A DNA stretch of 64,000 nt from a bacterium (GTDB taxonomy: Bacteria > UBP6 > UBA1177), in contig JAFYIZ010000047.1 in NCBI GenBank assembly GCA_017538365.1, forward strand, positions 78,800-142,799, in the 5' to 3' direction. The notes beneath the pieces are model-generated. The model did not search any database. It was not told the DNA's origin and saw nothing but the letters and a program-made list of their open reading frames with translations. A program made the position numbers and the translations under genes. Below are positions 58,085 to 64,000 of this stretch, piece after piece (the stretch's first letter is position 1; each line of letters begins with the position of its first letter).

Positions 58085-60591
58085 TCTATTTCGACTTTTA
58101 CCGGTTTGATGTTCCAGATATCTTCGGCGTATTCTCTGATCGTGCGGTCTGATGAGAATTTGCCGCTTCTCGCGGTGTTCAAAATGGACATTTTTGTCCA
58201 CGCGGTCTTGTCGAGGTAAACTTTTTCAACTTTATCCTGCATATCGACATAAGAGCGGTAGTCGGCAAGCAGCATATAGTTGTCGCCGTAGTTTACCAAA
58301 TCGTCGTAAAGTCTTGAAAATATTCCAGGTTCCGAGTTGAAGTGGTCATTTTTGATCATGTCGAGAACCTGTCTGAGTTCCGCATCAGAATCGTAGTAAA
58401 CTCTCGGATTGTAGCCTGTCACCTTCATTTCGCTGACTTCGTTTGCCTTGAGTCCGAAAATGAAGATGTTGTTCGCGCCTACTTCCTCAAGCATTTCAAC
58501 ATTTGCACCGTCGAGAGTTCCGATCGTCATTGCGCCGTTGAGCATGAATTTCATGTTGCCGGTGCCGCTCGCCTCGAATCCTGCGGTTGAAATCTGTTCC
58601 GAAAGGTCGCTTGCCGGAATGATTTTCTCGGCCATTGAAACTGAGTAGTTAGGGAAGAAGAAAACGTTGAGATATTTGTTTACCTGCGGGTCGTTGTTGA
58701 CAACTGAAGCTACTGAATTTATTAACTTAATTATCATTTTTGAAATGTAGTAGCCCGGAGCCGCCTTTCCGCCGAAAATCTTCGTTCTCGGGAGGAAGTT
58801 TCCGTTCGGATTAGCCTTTATTCTGTTGTAGAGCGTGATCGTGTGAAGGACATTGAGAAGCTGCCGCTTGTATTCGTGCATCCTTTTTACCTGAACATCG
58901 AACATCATGTTCGTGTTGAGGTCGAAGCCGAGTTTGTCGTGCGCATAGACTTTGAGGCGTTCTTTTGCCTGTGCCTTTGCGTCAGACCAAGCCGCCTGGA
59001 AATCTTTATCGTCTGCAAACGCCTCGAGTTTTTTAAGTTCGTCAAGGTTTGCAACCCAGCCGTTTCCGATTTTTGAAGAAATGAGATCGGACAAAGGAAC
59101 ATTTGATTTTTTAAGCCATCTTCTCGGAGTTATACCGTTGGTTTTATTGACGATTTTGCCGGGATAAAGCTCGTTGAAGTCCTTGAACATGCTGTTTTTC
59201 AGAATCTCGGTATGGAGTGCGCTGACGCCGTTTACCTTGTGGCTTCCGATAATTGCAAGGTTTGCCATGCGGACGAATTTGCAGCCCGATTCCTCGAAAA
59301 TCGAGACATCTTTTATCTTCTTGAGGTCGAAGTTGCGGAAGTCGCGCGCTTCGTTGATGAATCTGCGGTTGATTTCGTAAATTATCTGGAGCTGTCTAGG
59401 AAGGAGCGGTCCCATGATTTCGACATCCCACTTTTCGACCGCTTCCGGCAGAACGGTGTGGTTGGTGTAGGCAAAAGTGTTGCGCGTGATTTCCCATGCC
59501 TCGTTCCAGCCGAGTTTTTCTTCATCGATAAGGATTCTCATAAGTTCGGGTATCGCAATGCTCGGGTGGGTGTCGTTGAGCTGGATCGCAACTTTTGAGG
59601 GGAAATCGTCGAATTTATCGGTTCCGTAATTCTTTTTGTAGTGTCTGATGATGTCCTGAAGTGTTGCCGAAACGAAGAAATACTGCTGTTTGAGTCGCAG
59701 GACTTTGCCCTGATGCATGTTGTCGTTGGGGTAGAGGACTTTTGAGATGTTTTCGCTGCGGTTCTTGTCGTTTACCGCTGCAAGGTAGTCGCCGCTGTTG
59801 AAGTAGTGGAAGTCGAATTCGTTCGTGCTTTTTGCCTGCCACAGACGCAGATTGTTGACTGTTGCGGTTTTGTAACCGGGAACGGGAACGTCGTAAGCCT
59901 GCGCGAAAACGTCTTCGGTATCGACGAGTTTGTATCTCTCTTCGCCGTTGTCATCTCGGTAGGAGACGACGCGACCGCCGAAACGGACGCGGTATTCAAG
60001 GTCGGGCCTGCAGATTTCCCACGGGCAGCTGTATTTAAGCCAGTTGTCGGGAACTTCGACCTGATAGCCGTTTTCTATGCCCTGACGGAAAATTCCGTAT
60101 TCGTATCTGATGCCGTACCCGTAAGCGGGAAGTCCGAGTGTTGCCATCGAATCGAGGAAACACGCCGCGAGACGACCCAGACCGCCGTTGCCTAGACCCA
60201 TGTCGGGTTCCATATCGCGAAGCTCTTCCATGTCATAGCCTAATTTTTCGGCGAGACGCGAAACTTCATCGTGGCAGTCGAGGTTGATGAGAGTGTTTCC
60301 CATGAGGCGGCCCATCAAAAATTCCATCGAAAGGTAGTAAACTCTTTTTGCCTTGTTCCTGCGGTATTCGTGCTGAGTTCTCAGCCAGTTGCGGATGAGT
60401 TTGTGCCTGATCGTCGTAGCCAAAGCAATGTAAACGTCTCTTGCCTTGACCGTCGTTTTGTCTTTGACCTGATTGTATTCAAGCGTTTCGAGCAGATCGC
60501 GCTCGAAAAGTGACGAATTTTCATCCAGTGTATCGGTAAAAAATATCGAATCTTTGAGTTCGTCTCTTGTTTTTGTCATAAAATCCTCCAA
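58081..60591 (-). CDS. glgP: Glycogen/alpha-glucan phosphorylase
   Basis: PLP-site 'EASGTGNMKFMLNGA' and the GT35 family body, 836 aa. Confidence 0.9.
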   Translation of the reverse strand: MEDFMTKTRDELKDSIFFTDTLDENSSLFERDLLETLEYNQVKDKTTVKARDVYIALATTIRHKLIRNWLRTQHEYRRNKAKRVYYLSMEFLMGRLMGNTLINLDCHDEVSRLAEKLGYDMEELRDMEPDMGLGNGGLGRLAACFLDSMATLGLPAYGYGIRYEYGIFRQGIENGYQVEVPDNWLKYSCPWEICRPDLEYRVRFGGRVVSYRDDNGEERYKLVDTEDVFAQAYDVPVPGYKTATVNNLRLWQAKSTNEFDFHYFNSGDYLAAVNDKNRSENISKVLYPNDNMHQGKVLRLKQQYFFVSATLQDIIRHYKKNYGTDKFDDFPSKVAIQLNDTHPSIAIPELMRILIDEEKLGWNEAWEITRNTFAYTNHTVLPEAVEKWDVEIMGPLLPRQLQIIYEINRRFINEARDFRNFDLKKIKDVSIFEESGCKFVRMANLAIIGSHKVNGVSALHTEILKNSMFKDFNELYPGKIVNKTNGITPRRWLKKSNVPLSDLISSKIGNGWVANLDELKKLEAFADDKDFQAAWSDAKAQAKERLKVYAHDKLGFDLNTNMMFDVQVKRMHEYKRQLLNVLHTITLYNRIKANPNGNFLPRTKIFGGKAAPGYYISKMIIKLINSVASVVNNDPQVNKYLNVFFFPNYSVSMAEKIIPASDLSEQISTAGFEASGTGNMKFMLNGAMTIGTLDGANVEMLEEVGANNIFIFGLKANEVSEMKVTGYNPRVYYDSDAELRQVLDMIKNDHFNSEPGIFSRLYDDLVNYGDNYMLLADYRSYVDMQDKVEKVYLDKTAWTKMSILNTARSGKFSSDRTIREYAEDIWNIKPVKVEID

Positions 60592-60633
60592 AAAATCAAA
60601 AAAGCAGAAAAAACAAGCCGCCTTTATATTGTT

Positions 60634-61347
60634 TTAGAGTGAAATTTCAAATTTTATGACAAATTCGATGAGCGAATCAACGGCGGAACCGTCTTTAAGT
60701 TTGCCTGCGCTGAATCTGTAGTTCTTCACTGTCTTCAGAGCCGATTCAGAAAAAAGCTCGTGGTCGCTTTTTATAACTTTTGCCTTCAGGACTTTTCCTT
60801 CTTTTGAAATCAGAAGTTCAAGCGTGACACTCCCTTCTATCCCTTCTTCTTCAAGACTTTCAGGGTAGGGGGGAGTTTTGGGATTCTGGGCTTTCGGGAT
60901 GACGGCGAGTTCTCCGGCTCTTCTTGGCGCGCCGGTGTTGCTGCCGGGATCCCGTGATTCCGAGATCTCGTTATTCCGGGGCGCGCCGGTGTCGTCGTTA
61001 TTACGGGATTCCGTGATTACGTTATTCCGTGGTGCGTTTTCCTGTTTCGGAGCGCTGTCTGATTCGATATCTCGAGATTCCGATATCTCGATATCACGAG
61101 GCGCGCTTTCCTTTTTAGGCGCGCGCTTTTTAATGCTGTTAGTTGATTTCGGTGGCTCAGGAACTGTCGTCGCGCTTTCCTGTTTCGGCGCGCTTTCGGG
61201 TTCCTGAAAAATTGAAATTTTCGTTATCCTCTTTAAATAACTATTTGAATTTATTTCGCTTTTCAATTCAGGCGCAAAAATGAACACCAGGATGTGAAAC
61301 AGTATCGAAAGCGCAACTGCTGCTATGAGAAAACGGTGTTTTTTCAA
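60634..61347 (-). CDS. TonB-family protein with a repeat-containing periplasmic linker
   Basis: N-terminal TM (FLIAAVALSILFHILVFIFA), a Pro/Ser/Glu-rich linker with ESR(D/N) repeats and a C-terminal 'PPYPESLEEEGIEGSVTLELLISKEGKV' TonB-C-like domain. Confidence 0.5.
   Translation of the reverse strand: MKKHRFLIAAVALSILFHILVFIFAPELKSEINSNSYLKRITKISIFQEPESAPKQESATTVPEPPKSTNSIKKRAPKKESAPRDIEISESRDIESDSAPKQENAPRNNVITESRNNDDTGAPRNNEISESRDPGSNTGAPRRAGELAVIPKAQNPKTPPYPESLEEEGIEGSVTLELLISKEGKVLKAKVIKSDHELFSESALKTVKNYRFSAGKLKDGSAVDSLIEFVIKFEISL
60926..61105. repeat. GC-rich coding repeat with 8-bp periodicity (CCGNGATY / TCGAKATY units and GGCGCGCC motifs) inside the TonB-like gene
   Basis: ccgggatc ccgtgatt ccgagatc tcgttatt cc ggggcgcgcc ... 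attacggg attccgtg attacgtt attccgtg ... tcgatatc tcgagatt ccgatatc tcgatatc. It shares GGCGCGCCG...TGATTACGT...ATYCCGTG with 31147-31198. Confidence 0.5.
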
Positions 61348-61452
61348 GTTTTACCTTTTTCCAAAAATCAAAAAAACAGCTGATTATACGCAATGAAAAC
61401 GGCGAAGATAATTTTTCTGGTATTTTTTTCATGACAGGCTAAAATCCGGCTC

Positions 61453-62607
61453 ATGTTTGTTGTTGGAACGCCTGTTTTTTATATTGCCCTTCTGTTTTTG
61501 GGGCTTTTTTTGATCCTGAAAAAGTTTTTTAAAGGAACTGCATTCAAGGTTATCGGGATAAATTTAATCGTAGTTCTCTTTTTAATCGCAGTTTTTGATT
61601 CGGTTGCGGCAATGCTTCTTGACCATTCCGATTCATTCCGCATTGTTGACAACTTCTACCACCACGGGCTCAAGGCGAATGTCGCTGAAAAAACTTCATG
61701 GAAAAGCGACGGAGTTTCATTTTATCAGGTTTATACTAATTCTCTGGGTTTTGTAGACGAGATCAACAGAGTCGTTCCGCTGAAAAAAAGCGGAAAGCGC
61801 ATCCTTATTTTAGGTGACAGTTTTATGGAAGGTGTCGGTTATCCGTGGCCTCAGACAGTGCCCGGAATTTTGTCGGAGCGCTTCAAAAAGCAGGGTGTCG
61901 AACTTCTTAACGCTGCAGTTATAAGCTATTCGCCGAAAATCTATTACCTCAAGCTGAAACACTTCCTCGAAATGGGGTTAGAAATCGATGAACTCTATGT
62001 TTTTATTGATATTTCAGACATTATTGACGAAGTGGTTTACGATTATTTCGTGCCGAAGGAGTTTTCTCAGTCCGAGCTGAAATGGCAGGCTCTCGATAAT
62101 TTTTTCTTAAAGGGTTCTTACATTTACAGAAGTATGGGAACCGAGTATTTCGCAGCGCAGAAAAATCCGTATCACGAAAATTCTCCCATTTGGGGCGGAG
62201 TCGCAAATTTCTACGGTTTGAAACCTAAGTGGACTTATGATGAAAACGCAATGAAACTTTACGGTGAAAAAGGGATCGCTTTGGCAAAAAAACACATAGA
62301 TCTGATCCGTCAGATATGTGATGAAAGGGGAATAAAACTCCACATCGGTGTATGGCCTTGGAAAGATCAGGCAAAGGATAAAAACGGCAGAAAACAGTAT
62401 GATCTCTGGAAAGAGTATACTGATAAATATCATATTGATTTTATTTCTCTTTTTGATACTTTTGAAGCAATGTCCCCTGAAGAGATTTCTTCGATTGTCA
62501 TTAAAAACGACATCCATTGGAATGAGAAAGGCAACAAAATAGTGGCTGATTATATTTGGCAGCATATTGTAAATAATTCGGAGGGAAAAAATGAAATTGC
62601 TCAGTGA
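61453..62607 (+). CDS. Membrane-anchored SGNH/GDSL-type hydrolase
   Basis: N-terminal TMs, block I 'ILILGDSFMEGVGY' and a C-terminal 'NDIHWNEKGN' (DxxH block V). Confidence 0.5.
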   Translation: MFVVGTPVFYIALLFLGLFLILKKFFKGTAFKVIGINLIVVLFLIAVFDSVAAMLLDHSDSFRIVDNFYHHGLKANVAEKTSWKSDGVSFYQVYTNSLGFVDEINRVVPLKKSGKRILILGDSFMEGVGYPWPQTVPGILSERFKKQGVELLNAAVISYSPKIYYLKLKHFLEMGLEIDELYVFIDISDIIDEVVYDYFVPKEFSQSELKWQALDNFFLKGSYIYRSMGTEYFAAQKNPYHENSPIWGGVANFYGLKPKWTYDENAMKLYGEKGIALAKKHIDLIRQICDERGIKLHIGVWPWKDQAKDKNGRKQYDLWKEYTDKYHIDFISLFDTFEAMSPEEISSIVIKNDIHWNEKGNKIVADYIWQHIVNNSEGKNEIAQ

Positions 62608-63625
62608 AATCAAAGGTGACAAAATCGTCGAATCGATAGAAAAACTCGTGAAGATCCCGTCTCCGACCGGTTTTACCGGCAAAGTTAAAGATTTTCTCGT
62701 TAAAAACGCCGAAAAAAAGGGGATTCCGTGCACCGTCACAAAAAAAGGCGCAGTGATTTATTCTTTCGGTCCGCAGAATAAGCCCGGAACGTTTTTTGCA
62801 GCTCACGTCGATGCTCTTGGTGCGATCGTCACGGCTGTCGAAGACGATGACAATAGAGTAAAAATCGCGACTGTCGGCGGTTATCCGGCGCTTTATATAA
62901 TCGGTGAAATCTGCACGATCCACACCCGCAAAGGAAAAGAATACATTTCCACGTTCCTTCCGGATAATCCTGCGGTTCACGTAAATTCCAAACTTAAGGA
63001 GATGGTTCCAGATTTTGACAACTGCTCGCTGAGAGTTGATCTAACGCTAAAAAAAGGTGAAAAACTTAGCGATTTCATTTCTGTCGGCGATTTTGTTTCG
63101 CTCGAGAGCGGTTTCAGATATGTCGACGGTTACGTCAATTCGCGTCATCTGGATGACAAGGCATCGGCCGGAATATTTGTTTATCTTTCCGATATTATTA
63201 AGAAAAATGAAAGCAAACTCAAAGGCAGAGTCTCGTTTTTCTTCAATGTCACAGAAGAAACGGGTCAGGGTATCGCGGCAACTCCGCAGGGTGATGACCT
63301 CATCGTTGTAGATATGGGTGTTGTCGGCGGCGGAACGGCAGGCAGTGAAAAGTGCGTCAGCATCTGCGCAAAAGATTCGTCAGGTCCTTACAACTACGAT
63401 TTGACGACAGCACTTATCAATCTTGCCGAGAAGAACAAAATTGCCTATAAAACCGACGTTTTCCCGTTCTACGGCTCGGACGGTTCGGCTCTTCTGCGCT
63501 CGTGCAGCGATACGAGAGTCGCGCTTATCGGTCAGGGTGTCGACGCAAGCCACGGCTACGAAAGAACGCATGTCGAAGGTCTTGTCGCCACAGCTTCTTT
63601 AATTCTTGCATATCTTTTCGGTTAA
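62591..63625 (+). CDS. M42-family metallopeptidase (glutamyl aminopeptidase / FrvX-like)
   Basis: 'FAAHVDALGAIV', a 'HLDDKAS' Asp-rich metal site and 'FFNVTEETGQG'. Confidence 0.65.
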   Translation: MKLLSEIKGDKIVESIEKLVKIPSPTGFTGKVKDFLVKNAEKKGIPCTVTKKGAVIYSFGPQNKPGTFFAAHVDALGAIVTAVEDDDNRVKIATVGGYPALYIIGEICTIHTRKGKEYISTFLPDNPAVHVNSKLKEMVPDFDNCSLRVDLTLKKGEKLSDFISVGDFVSLESGFRYVDGYVNSRHLDDKASAGIFVYLSDIIKKNESKLKGRVSFFFNVTEETGQGIAATPQGDDLIVVDMGVVGGGTAGSEKCVSICAKDSSGPYNYDLTTALINLAEKNKIAYKTDVFPFYGSDGSALLRSCSDTRVALIGQGVDASHGYERTHVEGLVATASLILAYLFG

Positions 63626-63627
63626 AT

Positions 63628-64000
63628 CATGAATAGACCTGACGGTTCGCTCATAAGTTTTATGAGCAATCTTGTAAAAGCAAACGGCGGAATCAACTGC
63701 GCGCAGGGAATTCCCGGCTTCGAGCCTCCGAAAGAGCTTATTTCTGAACTCATTTCCGCGGCGCAGACACCGATCCATCAGTATCCTGCGGGAAACGGAA
63801 ACCCGAAACTGCGCGAACTTGTTGCAGCAGGTCTTTGCGGAAACTGCGGGTTAAAAGCTGAAAACATTCTTGTCACGAACGGAGCTACCGAAGCGATTTC
63901 TCTCATTTATCTTTACCTGAGGCAGAAAACGGCTGGTGATTTTACGGTGATGTCGTTCGATCCCGTTTATGAAAGCTACGCAAATCTGCCCAAAATCTAC
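63628..64000 (+). CDS. Class I/II PLP-dependent aminotransferase, N-terminal part; continues beyond the window end
   Basis: 'INCAQGIPGFEPPKELISELI...HQYPAGNGNPKLRELV...ILVTNGATEAISL' is the aminotransferase N-terminal pattern. No stop before position 64000. Confidence 0.55.

Overview
This 64 kb window looks like a low-GC, Gram-negative chromosome, probably from the Fibrobacterota: several lipoproteins carry a DUF1566 / 'Fibrobacter succinogenes major paralogous' type C-terminal domain with a WRLP motif. Gene density is high, and many adjacent genes overlap by 4 or 8 nt, consistent with operons.

Housekeeping genes recognised from conserved motifs: asd, a B12-binding domain protein, hpf, tRNA-Arg(CCG), folC, nadE, an aminotransferase, archaeal-type leuC, rarA, fcl, lon, panD, hslVU, purC, asnS, glgA, glgP, a glycosyltransferase family 2 (GT2) gene and a CDF transporter.

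A large accessory component sits between them:
- a tight HlyD–TolC-like–VTC–DUF4956 operon in which the HlyD protein carries a long C-terminal extension;
- a composite secreted ORF that joins an acidic module with a CFVATAGFG motif to an outer-membrane beta-barrel-like part;
- three tandem paralogous lipoproteins that are Cys-rich, acidic and MopE-like, plus dispersed relatives;
- an outer-membrane-type protein with 42-bp tandem repeats;
- an ankyrin-repeat membrane protein;
- a standalone GspE-N domain protein.

There is also unusual non-coding structure:
- Two inverted copies of a ~62-nt structured repeat, with compensatory changes in its hairpins, flank one lipoprotein gene.
- A GC-rich period-8 repeat occurs both inside a TonB-like gene and as a perfect palindrome upstream of fcl.
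- A 9-bp minisatellite is enclosed by an inverted repeat.

No transposase, CRISPR array or rRNA was seen. All calls rest on reading the sequence and the ORF translations, not on database searches.
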